Part shown: piece after piece, positions 38,733 to 48,873 of the stretch | Layout: every line of letters starts with the position of its first letter | Numbering within the stretch: position 1 is the stretch's first letter | Translations under genes and position numbers: made by a program | Notes under the pieces: model-generated | Told to the model about the DNA's origin: nothing | The model's input: only the letters and a program-made list of their open reading frames with translations | Databases searched by the model: none | Virus record (IMG/VR): IMGVR_UViG_3300026197_000002 | Location: 28,711-92,710 of that record | Reading direction: 5' to 3' (one strand) | DNA: 64,000 nt | From: a virus

Positions 38733-40241
38733 TTATGATAGTTTTATAATACCATGTAAACTTGTATTTGGTCTACGCATAGTAATACCACAAGTACCAA
38801 TTCTGTGTGCAGCACTAACATCCTTATCAGTAGTAGTAATATTATTATTAGCTACTTGAATATCTGAGGGATAAGATGCCATACCTGGTTGATTTTTATC
38901 AATTACTTCTCTACCTTTTTCATATACATACTGAAGGTTAGTTTCACCATCCATAGATACATCATCTAAGAATACCATTCTGTATGATTCTAAAGGTAAG
39001 TTAGTTCTAGGATGTCTAGGCGATTTAATAGCTCTTAAACCGTGGTCAAATAATCTATTATGAATTACCTCTACACTATAACCCCCAATGAAATATACTT
39101 TAGTAATATATCCACCAACAGCCATTTCCATATTATTAGAATTATCCTTAGCATTAGATAACATTTTATCATTAGTTGTATTCCAACCTGCAACATTAGA
39201 TGTTAAATAATCTTTCATAGCTCTATCAAATTCTTCCATACCACCTTGACCTGTAATTAATTTTACAGTCTTGCCGTTAGTTTCAGGATTAGCAAAGAAT
39301 ACATCCATAATAATTGAATTAAGATAATCATAAGTTAATCTTGTATATTCAAACTTATTAGGAATTTGTTGTAATACCCCTGCACCTTGACGAATAACAC
39401 CAGAACTATTAGCTTCTGTTAAATGGATTCTACCATTTTCATCTTTATTATACTCACCATACCACATGATTGTTTCTTTACTTCTCATCCAATCAAGTTC
39501 AAACATCCATTGGTCTTGATCAATTAAATAATTAGATGTCTTATTATTACCTGCTGGTACAGATACAGTAAGTTGCTTATTAGCTACATTACCTCTCCAA
39601 TTACGTGAAGCTCTTAATACATTAATCTGATTAGTAGCTTTACCAGGTAATACTCTGTGTCCTGAACCTGGTGCTTCTGATTTATCTTCACTATGACTAC
39701 TCCACATCATTGCCCATTTAGTTCCAACTGCCCAATCATCTTCTGGTAAGAAATATGATGATTTATTAGAATCTAATTGACAAGTATATTTATATCCAGC
39801 AGATACAGGAATAGCACTTGTTTGAATACGTACACGTACTTCATTCTCGGATTCAATAGTATAACCTTTTTTAAATGTATCAGTTTCAAAAATTAATTCA
39901 AATGTCTGATAATCTTGTCCTACTTTATCACCTGGTTGATATGTAGTACTACTAATACTATCCATTCTATGAACATGACCCATGATTAACCATTCGTAAT
40001 CCATAGTGTTCATCTTTTTAGCTGACCTAGAAGTTTCTCTACCATTAGTAAGAGCTTCTCCGATAGTCATTTGGTGTAATAGTAATTCACCTTCAAACTG
40101 ATTACCAAATAAATGAGTAGTGGTTTGTGTAAGTAATTCAGGCTTCATCCATTCTGTGCCATAAAAATCACCAACAGATAATTCTGATGAATTATTAACT
40201 TCTGTATCTAGGATTTTTAAATCCTTAATTAAATCTTTCAT
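38733..40241 (-). CDS. major capsid protein (crAss-type HK97 fold)
   Basis: 502 aa; YEWLIMG, GAGVLQQI, LITGQGGMEEF, HPRTNLPLESYRMVFLD motifs. Confidence 0.9.
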   Translation of the reverse strand: MKDLIKDLKILDTEVNNSSELSVGDFYGTEWMKPELLTQTTTHLFGNQFEGELLLHQMTIGEALTNGRETSRSAKKMNTMDYEWLIMGHVHRMDSISSTTYQPGDKVGQDYQTFELIFETDTFKKGYTIESENEVRVRIQTSAIPVSAGYKYTCQLDSNKSSYFLPEDDWAVGTKWAMMWSSHSEDKSEAPGSGHRVLPGKATNQINVLRASRNWRGNVANKQLTVSVPAGNNKTSNYLIDQDQWMFELDWMRSKETIMWYGEYNKDENGRIHLTEANSSGVIRQGAGVLQQIPNKFEYTRLTYDYLNSIIMDVFFANPETNGKTVKLITGQGGMEEFDRAMKDYLTSNVAGWNTTNDKMLSNAKDNSNNMEMAVGGYITKVYFIGGYSVEVIHNRLFDHGLRAIKSPRHPRTNLPLESYRMVFLDDVSMDGETNLQYVYEKGREVIDKNQPGMASYPSDIQVANNNITTTDKDVSAAHRIGTCGITMRRPNTSLHGIIKLS

Positions 40242-40282
40242 AAGTTATAATAGTTAAATTTTAGTTGTATAGTTAAATTAAT

Positions 40283-41386
40283 TTATTTTTTTCTTTTATT
40301 ACTATTTGCAATTTGTTGTGCCAATTCTATAATTGTACTAGGGTTATCATAATTACCCTGTTTAGTATTACGCTTTTTACCCTTAGATACTTTATTACGT
40401 TTTAAATAATCTTGAACACTTCTTGTAGCAGCTTTTGCTTCTACAATGTCTGATATATTACCTCCTCTATATTCATAAAATAAAGATTCTAAACCATTTT
40501 CGTCAAGAGGTGTTAATACTACTAAATCTCCATTATCATTAGGTACAATTTTTTGATTTTCTAATCCTGTAGCTATATATTTTAAAAACTTATCTTTATC
40601 AGAATTAGGAATCTTTAATTTGCCAGCAACACCTTTATCAATATGTTCTTGCAATCTATCAATATTTTTATCAAATCTTTCTTGTTTTAACTGCAATTTT
40701 TGTTTCTCTTTTTGAATGGCTAATTGATTTTTTTCAGTAAATTCATTATTTCTTTTTTCAGCAATAGTCTTAGCCTTATCATATAAATCTCCTTCATCTT
40801 TCATTTTACCTATCTTATCGTTGATTTCATCTTCTGTAAACCAACCACCCCTTTGCATTTCCTCTCTTACTAACTTTTCAGATAAAACTTCATCATTTTC
40901 TTTTAAATCTATTTCACCTGTTTCATTATAAGCACTAACTATATTAGACATTGTATTATAAACATCTCCACCTTTATATGCAATATCTAATAAATTATAT
41001 ATATCAGGATGTTCTTTTTGAATACTTGTATAAATAGACTCTTGTAAAGATTTACCATATTTATCAGTAATATATTTAGCAACACCTTCAACAGATTGAT
41101 TATCAGCAATATCCTCTACTTCTAATTCTAAACCTAGTAATTTATTAAGTTCATTAAACAAATTAGGTTTTTCCTCACCATCTTCAATATCATCCTCTAA
41201 ATCATCTTCTGGAACATCCTCTGAATTTTCTAGCTCATCCTCGTCAGTACTAGAATCATCAGGGGTATCTAAATCATCATCTTGTACTTCTGGATTATCT
41301 AAATCATTATCAGTATCTTCTATATTATCATTTTCATTAGATTTCTCTGATAATCCATTCAATAATTCTTTTAAATCGTTTGCCAT
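40283..41386 (-). CDS. putative scaffolding protein (crAss gene-77-like)
   Basis: Very acidic N-terminus, coiled coil, immediately upstream of MCP. Confidence 0.65.
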   Translation of the reverse strand: MANDLKELLNGLSEKSNENDNIEDTDNDLDNPEVQDDDLDTPDDSSTDEDELENSEDVPEDDLEDDIEDGEEKPNLFNELNKLLGLELEVEDIADNQSVEGVAKYITDKYGKSLQESIYTSIQKEHPDIYNLLDIAYKGGDVYNTMSNIVSAYNETGEIDLKENDEVLSEKLVREEMQRGGWFTEDEINDKIGKMKDEGDLYDKAKTIAEKRNNEFTEKNQLAIQKEKQKLQLKQERFDKNIDRLQEHIDKGVAGKLKIPNSDKDKFLKYIATGLENQKIVPNDNGDLVVLTPLDENGLESLFYEYRGGNISDIVEAKAATRSVQDYLKRNKVSKGKKRNTKQGNYDNPSTIIELAQQIANSNKRKK

Positions 41387-41412
41387 AATTTTATTTTATT
41401 AAGTTATTATAA

Positions 41413-41907
41413 TTAAAAAGGTAATTTTATTTTACCCAACACATATAGTATTAGAAGTCCTAGAATTATTAATATGATAATTAACCAAGTTAAAGTTCTA
41501 ACATATTTACGTTTTTCAGCTTTAAGTTTACGTTTCTCCTTAGCTAATTTAGTTTCAAGATTCTTTTGTATTCTTGAAAGTTTTATATTGTCATCCTGTA
41601 ATCTAAGAACTTTACGTTTTTCTATTCTAGCTAATTTAACAGCTAAATCCATACTATCTTTAACAGCAGCATATCGTTGTTTAGCCAATTGCCAATTAGC
41701 TTTTAATTGCTGTCTTAAAGAAGTATTATCTAACTTTTTTAAACTAACTAAAGTTCTTTTAATAATTCTAAGTTTTCTAGGAGATACACTTTTAAAACAA
41801 GTACTATAAGCTGTTTGTAAATTGTTTTCAAGAGCTTGTACGTTATCCTGTGCTTTAATAGATGTTCCTAGTACAACTAATAATAATATAAGTAATAATC
41901 TTTTCAT
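41413..41907 (-). CDS. membrane/periplasmic coiled-coil protein, spanin-like (start likely ATG 41907)
   Basis: Signal peptide MKRLLL...IKA-Q, coiled coil, C-terminal TM; the track's ATG at 41922 falls inside the promoter. Confidence 0.55.
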   Translation of the reverse strand: MKRLLLILLLVVLGTSIKAQDNVQALENNLQTAYSTCFKSVSPRKLRIIKRTLVSLKKLDNTSLRQQLKANWQLAKQRYAAVKDSMDLAVKLARIEKRKVLRLQDDNIKLSRIQKNLETKLAKEKRKLKAEKRKYVRTLTWLIIILIILGLLILYVLGKIKLPF

Positions 41908-41911
41908 GTCA

Positions 41912-41942
41912 CAAATATACACATTATTATATTACTAACAAG
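41912..41942 (-). promoter_or_regulatory. Bacteroidota sigma-A-type promoter CTTG-N19-TATATTTG
   Basis: -7 box ends 4 nt before ATG 41907; may also drive scaffold and MCP. Confidence 0.7.
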
Positions 41943-41965
41943 CTAAAACCTAATATTCAGTTTTA

Positions 41966-42232
41966 TTAGACTTTTTTACCACATTTATTACAAATAGTAT
42001 CATCTACAATAGGTAATACATTAGATTCTACATTACTATCAGTATTAGATGTAAAGATTCCTGTAACTATAATAGATGTTATAGGTAATAATGTATGTAT
42101 TATATTAGCTACTATTTTAGGATTAACTATAATACCAATCCATATAGTTACAAAAGTGCATACTATAATCATTACACTTATAGTAGACACTAACTTATAT
42201 GACCTAGATGTTAATTTATCTAATATACTCAT
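41966..42232 (-). CDS. small 2-TM protein, holin-like
   Basis: Two hydrophobic helices; C-terminal CxxC. Confidence 0.5.
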   Translation of the reverse strand: MSILDKLTSRSYKLVSTISVMIIVCTFVTIWIGIIVNPKIVANIIHTLLPITSIIVTGIFTSNTDSNVESNVLPIVDDTICNKCGKKV

Positions 42233-42468
42233 TTCCTACCTATTATACTCCCAATAAATCCTTTTATTACTTGCATCAATATACCTGCTCCTATAAAAAC
42301 AACAGAGAACCAAAAGAATGTACTATAATCTTCTATAATCCACAATCTAGGAGATATAATAAAATCTATAATTAAACATATTATCCCTATTACTATCATA
42401 GGAACATTTAAGTTTTCTAATTTCCCTCCACCTGTCAAATAATATAAAACTTGTTTTATCTTTTTCAT
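42229..42468 (-). CDS. small 2-TM protein, holin-like
   Basis: Two hydrophobic helices, basic termini. Confidence 0.5.
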   Translation of the reverse strand: MKKIKQVLYYLTGGGKLENLNVPMIVIGIICLIIDFIISPRLWIIEDYSTFFWFSVVFIGAGILMQVIKGFIGSIIGRK

Positions 42469-42947
42469 TGTAATTGCTTTTTTAAATTAGATATTTCTTT
42501 TTTCAAACTCTTTATTTCAAATTCAAGAGTAATTACTTTTTTGTTTAATTTACTTTCTTTTCTATCAAATAATCTACCCGCAGCATCTAATTGTCCTGAT
42601 AAAATATTTATATCTTTTGATAAATTATTTGATTTACTTTTTGTGTAATTTTTTATTGTTTCTATATTATCCTCTATATGCGTTTTTAACAGAATTAATT
42701 TATTTTCAAAAAATTTAGATGTGTAATTTTTATCTGACTTTTGTAATTGTGTTAATTCTCCAACTTTTCTGTGTAAAGTATAAATACTATAAAAAAATAC
42801 CCACCCTACAAAATCATATAATGTAAAATCTTTATTTGTATTTAATAAGAATATAAGATATAATATATTCATTATTAGGAATATTAGAAATATCCCTAAT
42901 TTAGATTCTATAAAATATTCAAATTTCTTTTTTACTTTCTCTATCAT
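42465..42947 (-). CDS. membrane-anchored coiled-coil protein
   Basis: Two N-terminal TM segments and C-terminal heptads. Confidence 0.55.
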   Translation of the reverse strand: MIEKVKKKFEYFIESKLGIFLIFLIMNILYLIFLLNTNKDFTLYDFVGWVFFYSIYTLHRKVGELTQLQKSDKNYTSKFFENKLILLKTHIEDNIETIKNYTKSKSNNLSKDINILSGQLDAAGRLFDRKESKLNKKVITLEFEIKSLKKEISNLKKQLQ

Positions 42948-42965
42948 CTTATATAATTTTTATAA

Positions 42966-43157
42966 TTAAATCCAAGTATTTTGAATTTGTTTATATTCCT
43001 CTTGTTCTATTAACCAATTAATATTAATTGGTAATTCAGCATTAAAATATTCTATCCTAACATAAGAACCTTCTGAAAATACCATAGCCCCTTTTTTAAT
43101 AGCTATTTTTAAATCTTCTTTTTCTTTTGTAGTTAAGTTCTTTTTTAATTGTGGCAT
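42966..43157 (-). CDS. small hypothetical protein (start likely ATG 43157)
   Basis: MPQLKK start avoids overlap with the fibre gene; possible fibre-associated protein. Confidence 0.45.
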   Translation of the reverse strand: MPQLKKNLTTKEKEDLKIAIKKGAMVFSEGSYVRIEYFNAELPININWLIEQEEYKQIQNTWI

Positions 43158-43183
43158 AATATTAATCAAATTGATTGTACGTC

Positions 43184-45913
43184 TTATAATAATTTTTTGT
43201 TCGTATACATAAACAACCATTCCCCTGCAACTAAATTGCTTTGTCTAAATTTTATAATTTCATAATTATTACCGATTACCAAAATATTCGTTGCACTTGG
43301 TAATCTTAGATTTGAAGAATGTACGAAATCTACTGTTAGTCCTGCATCAACCTCAATAGTAAGCTCATGATTACTATTTTCATCTTGTAATATGTCTGTT
43401 ATAGTTTCTGTTGCATTTGAGGATGTGAGTATAATTCTACCAATATGGGGTTGATTACTCAAATCAATTACAGATAATCCTGTAATATCGTAAGTTCTCC
43501 AAAAGTTAGAAAATCCAGGCACACAGTTTTGATTTTCAACTAATACAGGTATTGTTTCATTATTTATAGTGAAATTTTTAATGGTACAAGCTACTAATTG
43601 TCCATTAGTTAAATCAGTGTTTTCTATACTACCATTTGATATTTCACAGGATTGTATCGCAGTATTAGAGTTAGATGTTAAGTTTATTATTTTGCTGCGG
43701 GATTCAATATTAGAATCTCTAATAATACCTTTATAATTTAATAATTCTAAGAAAGAATCATGTTTAACTCTAACATCATTTACTTTATCATTACCCCATT
43801 GGAAGTTTTCAATGTTATCAATATAATCTAATGAGTAATAATCATTTGATTCTAATGATTGAGTTTCTGAAAAATATAAAGACTGCACTCTACTTGAGCT
43901 TCCACTAAAAGTATTACCATTCGCATCTATCCAAAAAATCCAAGTTTCTGTTTGACTTCTTACAGATGTAATACCTATCAATGCGGCAAGGGAACTTAAT
44001 GAATAATTTGTAATAGTAGGGGATAAATCTTCTGCATTCTCTAACTCTATTTTGTGCATAACAGAAGGTGTAAAGTTATCTCCAACAAAAAGATATAATT
44101 TTCCATTATCTTGTACTGAAGTAACATTAGCGATTGTAGCACCTGTACCAAAACTTGATAGATTAACAATTGATGGTGTATTTGATAAAGAGTTTCCGAA
44201 ATCTAGCCTATTTAACTCTTCTCCGACAGTATCCGTAGCATAGAAAAAATAATATTTTGCATTTTCTTTTATTAGTGTTGAAAAAGCACGCTCTCTTCCA
44301 TTGAATCCTATTGAAAAACTAACCCTGTTTCTTACTTCTTCAGTATGTATATTTAAAATTGAATCTCCAAAATTATAAACACAAAAATCAAAACTATCTC
44401 CACCTAATGTATGTTTATTAGCAAAAAACACTTTAATTTCACTATTTTCTACAAAAACAGTCATACCATAAGCACCGCCGCCATTTGCAGTTCCATCATC
44501 CAAAGTAACACTTTTTACAAATGTTAAAGAAGACGCTAGAGCTGTATTAAATTCATATATAGATATTGTATTTCTTGAAGAATCATTAAATACGGAATTT
44601 TGGTATAATAAATACCATTTTGAATTTTTTTCATTATAAAAAGTGCTAATAAATAAAACGTTTTCACAATTACTTAAAACTCCTAAAGACACTTTAGAGG
44701 GAATATTATTAAAAGAGTTTCCAAAGTCTAATCTATATAACACATCTGTAGCACTATCAACAACAAAACCATAACAATTGCCATCTAAATCTTTTTGCAT
44801 TGCTATTGCCCTATTATTTACGCTATTAGTTGGTAAAACTCCACTAATTACACTATTGTTTTGTATAGGAGTACCGCTAAGCTCGCCTTGAACTAAATCT
44901 ATAAAACCATCTTCCGTAGTAAATGTAAAACTTTGGTTAGATGTCTTTTGTAAAGCTATCATTCCAGCCCAATCCATCTGATTACCTCTCTTATCCTCTC
45001 TATATCTAATAGTATCAGTATCAAAATCATAAAGAATATTATCAATTTCAGTTATACTATTAGGCACTTCAGTCCAATCTGAGTTTGTTTCGGGTTCTGA
45101 ACTCTTACTACCTATGTTAAAGTTAAATGTTTTACCATTCCATATTACAGTATTTGCATTAGTACTTGCTTCCCATATAGGGAAGGTTTGGTAGTCTGGA
45201 ACTAATGCGAAATATTTTGCTGTTGTATCTAACTCACTAACCGACACAGGTTTAATTAGAATATTCCCATTCGTATTAAGGTGCGTTCTTTTTAATGATG
45301 TATTTATTAAGTAACGTTTAGATACATCTAAGTTGTTTGCATCTTTTAATGCTTTTAATGCGTCATAACTTATTTCTTCGTATACAATACTACTTAATAA
45401 TTGTTCTTCTGTCACATTACTTGCATTACCAACCCATATATAATCTTCTGTTAAAGTATTCTTTTGATATACTTGATTTAATACATCAGGTGTTGCAATT
45501 AAAGATGCCCCTGTGCTACCAATAGCAGTATTTGCTTGTACTTCAGCTAACGTAGCTACTTCTAGTAATCCCTTGACTGTCGTAGTAGCATCTGTATTAT
45601 ATAGATTAGCAATTTCTTGAGCAGTAACTTTAGTGGGTAATCCTGTAGTTATATCTATTATTTCTAAAACATCTGAAGAATCTAATGTACCAATATCTGG
45701 TAAATCTTTAATAGATATAGGTTTTAATTCACCATCAGGATTTATACGTATAGCATCCCAATCTTCTGAATTTTTAAATAACCCATCTATTAATCTTAAA
45801 ATAGCAATTATAGTATCTTTTTGACCAAATTTTTCATTATTATTAGTCTTTATAAAATTCCATAATCTTTCTATATAATCTTTAGTGAATAATAATTTTC
45901 CTAATTTTTTCAT
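43184..45913 (-). CDS. tail fibre/spike protein with inserted beta-propeller
   Basis: DATTTVKGLLEVAT fibre repeat; RLDFGNS blade repeats; C-terminal beta-helix-like repeats. Confidence 0.7.
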   Translation of the reverse strand: MKKLGKLLFTKDYIERLWNFIKTNNNEKFGQKDTIIAILRLIDGLFKNSEDWDAIRINPDGELKPISIKDLPDIGTLDSSDVLEIIDITTGLPTKVTAQEIANLYNTDATTTVKGLLEVATLAEVQANTAIGSTGASLIATPDVLNQVYQKNTLTEDYIWVGNASNVTEEQLLSSIVYEEISYDALKALKDANNLDVSKRYLINTSLKRTHLNTNGNILIKPVSVSELDTTAKYFALVPDYQTFPIWEASTNANTVIWNGKTFNFNIGSKSSEPETNSDWTEVPNSITEIDNILYDFDTDTIRYREDKRGNQMDWAGMIALQKTSNQSFTFTTEDGFIDLVQGELSGTPIQNNSVISGVLPTNSVNNRAIAMQKDLDGNCYGFVVDSATDVLYRLDFGNSFNNIPSKVSLGVLSNCENVLFISTFYNEKNSKWYLLYQNSVFNDSSRNTISIYEFNTALASSLTFVKSVTLDDGTANGGGAYGMTVFVENSEIKVFFANKHTLGGDSFDFCVYNFGDSILNIHTEEVRNRVSFSIGFNGRERAFSTLIKENAKYYFFYATDTVGEELNRLDFGNSLSNTPSIVNLSSFGTGATIANVTSVQDNGKLYLFVGDNFTPSVMHKIELENAEDLSPTITNYSLSSLAALIGITSVRSQTETWIFWIDANGNTFSGSSSRVQSLYFSETQSLESNDYYSLDYIDNIENFQWGNDKVNDVRVKHDSFLELLNYKGIIRDSNIESRSKIINLTSNSNTAIQSCEISNGSIENTDLTNGQLVACTIKNFTINNETIPVLVENQNCVPGFSNFWRTYDITGLSVIDLSNQPHIGRIILTSSNATETITDILQDENSNHELTIEVDAGLTVDFVHSSNLRLPSATNILVIGNNYEIIKFRQSNLVAGEWLFMYTNKKLL

Positions 45914-45938
45914 TGTAATAGTTGTGTAGTTATATTTA

Positions 45939-45969
45939 CAAATATATTAAATATTAAATGTATTCCAAG
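45939..45969 (-). promoter_or_regulatory. Bacteroidota sigma-A-type promoter CTTG-N19-TATATTTG
   Basis: Near-consensus, in the intergenic gap upstream of 45913. Confidence 0.75.
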
Positions 45970-45989
45970 TATTAATAATATATAGTTAA

Positions 45990-48863
45990 TTACATATTTT
46001 CTAAGTGTGAACCTTTTTTCCATGAAGCATAAAATATATCAACTGATAATACTATTAAATTACCCGCAAATGTATCTGCCATAGATGTTCCTGTTCTACC
46101 ATAAGTTAATGAGAATATATCTACAACTCCTGTTGAACCAGATATAGATGCTTCAGGTATTTCTAAAGGATAACTAAAACTTTTAACAATATTATTTTCA
46201 GAAACACCAATAGATATAATTTCATTAACAGACCTTTGATTAATTGATAATACAGGAGCAGAAGCAGAAGTCTTATATATGTCATCTCCAATACTATTTG
46301 TTCCCCATTGTAGATTAAACTCAATATTCCCAGCACTAGCATCATCTACCATATAATATATAGTCAAATACAGTGGACAAGAAGTATCTATATTTAAAGG
46401 TAATTTTTTACCACCACCTTTATATCTATCACTAGATGAAGAAAATGAATTTTGATTACCTGCTACAACTAATGTTTTTGAAAAATATAAATCATGATTA
46501 GATATAGAGCTTGTAAGAGTTATTTGAACAAACCTATCTAATCCTAAATTTGTATAATATCTACTTTTACCAAAAGATTCATAAAATCCATCATCATTAA
46601 ACTCTGTTCTATCTGTACCAATTTTGACTTTTGATATTGTAGGAGATGTAGTAATAGTACTTGTAGTTACTAATCTCAACCAATAATATGTAGTACCTAA
46701 TGTCATAGGGTCATTTTTAGCCCAAGTATTTAACATTCTGTAATCAAACCTTACTTGATAATCAGTTGGAGATTGTGTTAAAAAATCATTACCATAAGAT
46801 ACATAAGGAGCAGTGGCTTTACATAAATTAAAGTTTACAGATTCCCAAGATGTTCCATTCCAATATTGAAACTCCATAGTACCCGCTCCTAATGCTGTGG
46901 CTACCGTAGTAGTAACTTTAATACTTGTGAATGCTAAACCTTGAACATTAGAAAAATATAATGCTCCATTTGTAATGTTGTCCATAGTAACTGTACCCGC
47001 AGAAACAGTCTTTAATGTATTACTAACATCCGTAAAAATACCTCCTGATGATTCAGTATATACTAACATTCCCACTGTAAATGAATCACCTTTACCTGTT
47101 ACAAATTCTCTACCTGCTGTAGGAAATCCTACATGTAATTCTTGTGCAACATTTAAGGCTTCTTCTTCAACAGTTTTATCAATCAATGTACCCACAATCT
47201 CCACGGCTCCTGTAAGTACTACTTTTGTTAAATCAACACTTACATTATATACTTCCCATTTAGGATTACCTGATATAATAACATCTGTAGTACAATCTTT
47301 TACTTCGCAATTATGAAATTCTAATGTTCCACCACCAACAGCTTCCCAACCTGTTACACAATATAATGTAACAGTATTATCTATCTTTGATACAACACCA
47401 TCTTCAAAATATATACCTGTACCAAATGCAGTTGTTTGTGTTAAATCTCCTGAAATATTAGCACCATCTATTATAACATTACAATTTGTCCTACAATAAA
47501 TACCTATTGTATTATTAGTTAATTGTAAATCACTTCCTATATAATTACCTTCTCCTAAATCTAATCCTCGTAATAATGACTCTCTTATAGATAATAAACC
47601 TGTATGAATATTTAATAAAAAACTACTAGAATTAATTTTATTTAATCTAAAACCTGTTCTAATGTTATCTATTCTAATATCATTAGTATATATTACTTGT
47701 TGTGTACCAGCACCACCATCTTTTATAGTAATAGCTTCAGTATTAGGAGTAGTATTTAAACTAGAACCTCCTACAATATTAATATTACCTAATGGAGATG
47801 CCGTACCATTAAATCCTGTATATTCTATCTCAAATATTGTAGAACCTGCAACATCCTCTGCAACATCTATGGTAGAATCAAATACTCCCAAACCTCTTAT
47901 ACTATAATAAGGATTATTTAAGGTTACAGTATTTCTCAACCTATAACTCCCTATTACAAATATATTATATTTATTATTAACAGTAGCATTAGCTTCTGCA
48001 TAAGTTACAGCATTTTCCAAAGATTGATATTTATGACCTGCAATGTCAGTAGTAAAATTAGAATTTACCCATATAATATTATCAATAGCTCCCAAAGTAT
48101 TTTGAATATGAGAAGGTCTAACTACAAGAGAAGCTCCTGTAACAGGGTCTACATCTATACTATCTTCAAATTCTAATAATGTAGCTAATCTAACAACACC
48201 TCTTAATGTTTCAGTAGCATCATCTGCTATATTAACTACATAATATTTATCATCTGTACTATTATATATTACTATATAATCATGATTGGCTTTAAATTCT
48301 CCAACTCCAAATATTTTACCATCTTTTCTCTCAACTGTTTTAACACCTGTACCATTAATATCTAATGTAATACCTGTTACAGTATTTGTATTAATACATC
48401 TAACATAAGCCCAAGCACCATCTTCTAATATAAATTCTTCTATTGTAGTAGTATAATTATCTACATTAGCTAATTCCCCATAATATCTACTATTTCCATT
48501 TAATAATATCCAATTATCTTCACTAGATGCAGGATAATCTACTAGCAACCAGACTTCCCTAGTATCTTCTTGAAATACAATAGAACCTTCTTTTACTTCA
48601 TTAGTCTTAGACTTAATACTAGGTTCATCAGATAATAATGCTAACCTAGTAGTTTTATTAGGTACTTCTATATACTCTAATTCTAATAATCTTGCTAACT
48701 CTCTTAAATATAAATAAGTTAATTCAAATCCTTCTTGATTTATATTATTATGATTGTGATTGTATTTTAATACAAATCTATCTCTATAATTTTTATCTAT
48801 ATTTGCAGCATCTACAATATATTTAAAATTGTTTACATAATCTAACTTTACTCCTTTTGGCAT
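45990..48863 (-). CDS. tail spike/fibre with parallel beta-helix (possible depolymerase)
   Basis: NTNTVTGITLDINGTG fibre domain, DATETLRGVVRLAT repeat, KYQSLENAV beta-helix cap followed by GI/GF stacked repeats. Confidence 0.7.
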   Translation of the reverse strand: MPKGVKLDYVNNFKYIVDAANIDKNYRDRFVLKYNHNHNNINQEGFELTYLYLRELARLLELEYIEVPNKTTRLALLSDEPSIKSKTNEVKEGSIVFQEDTREVWLLVDYPASSEDNWILLNGNSRYYGELANVDNYTTTIEEFILEDGAWAYVRCINTNTVTGITLDINGTGVKTVERKDGKIFGVGEFKANHDYIVIYNSTDDKYYVVNIADDATETLRGVVRLATLLEFEDSIDVDPVTGASLVVRPSHIQNTLGAIDNIIWVNSNFTTDIAGHKYQSLENAVTYAEANATVNNKYNIFVIGSYRLRNTVTLNNPYYSIRGLGVFDSTIDVAEDVAGSTIFEIEYTGFNGTASPLGNINIVGGSSLNTTPNTEAITIKDGGAGTQQVIYTNDIRIDNIRTGFRLNKINSSSFLLNIHTGLLSIRESLLRGLDLGEGNYIGSDLQLTNNTIGIYCRTNCNVIIDGANISGDLTQTTAFGTGIYFEDGVVSKIDNTVTLYCVTGWEAVGGGTLEFHNCEVKDCTTDVIISGNPKWEVYNVSVDLTKVVLTGAVEIVGTLIDKTVEEEALNVAQELHVGFPTAGREFVTGKGDSFTVGMLVYTESSGGIFTDVSNTLKTVSAGTVTMDNITNGALYFSNVQGLAFTSIKVTTTVATALGAGTMEFQYWNGTSWESVNFNLCKATAPYVSYGNDFLTQSPTDYQVRFDYRMLNTWAKNDPMTLGTTYYWLRLVTTSTITTSPTISKVKIGTDRTEFNDDGFYESFGKSRYYTNLGLDRFVQITLTSSISNHDLYFSKTLVVAGNQNSFSSSSDRYKGGGKKLPLNIDTSCPLYLTIYYMVDDASAGNIEFNLQWGTNSIGDDIYKTSASAPVLSINQRSVNEIISIGVSENNIVKSFSYPLEIPEASISGSTGVVDIFSLTYGRTGTSMADTFAGNLIVLSVDIFYASWKKGSHLENM

Positions 48864-48873
48864 ATCTAATTAA

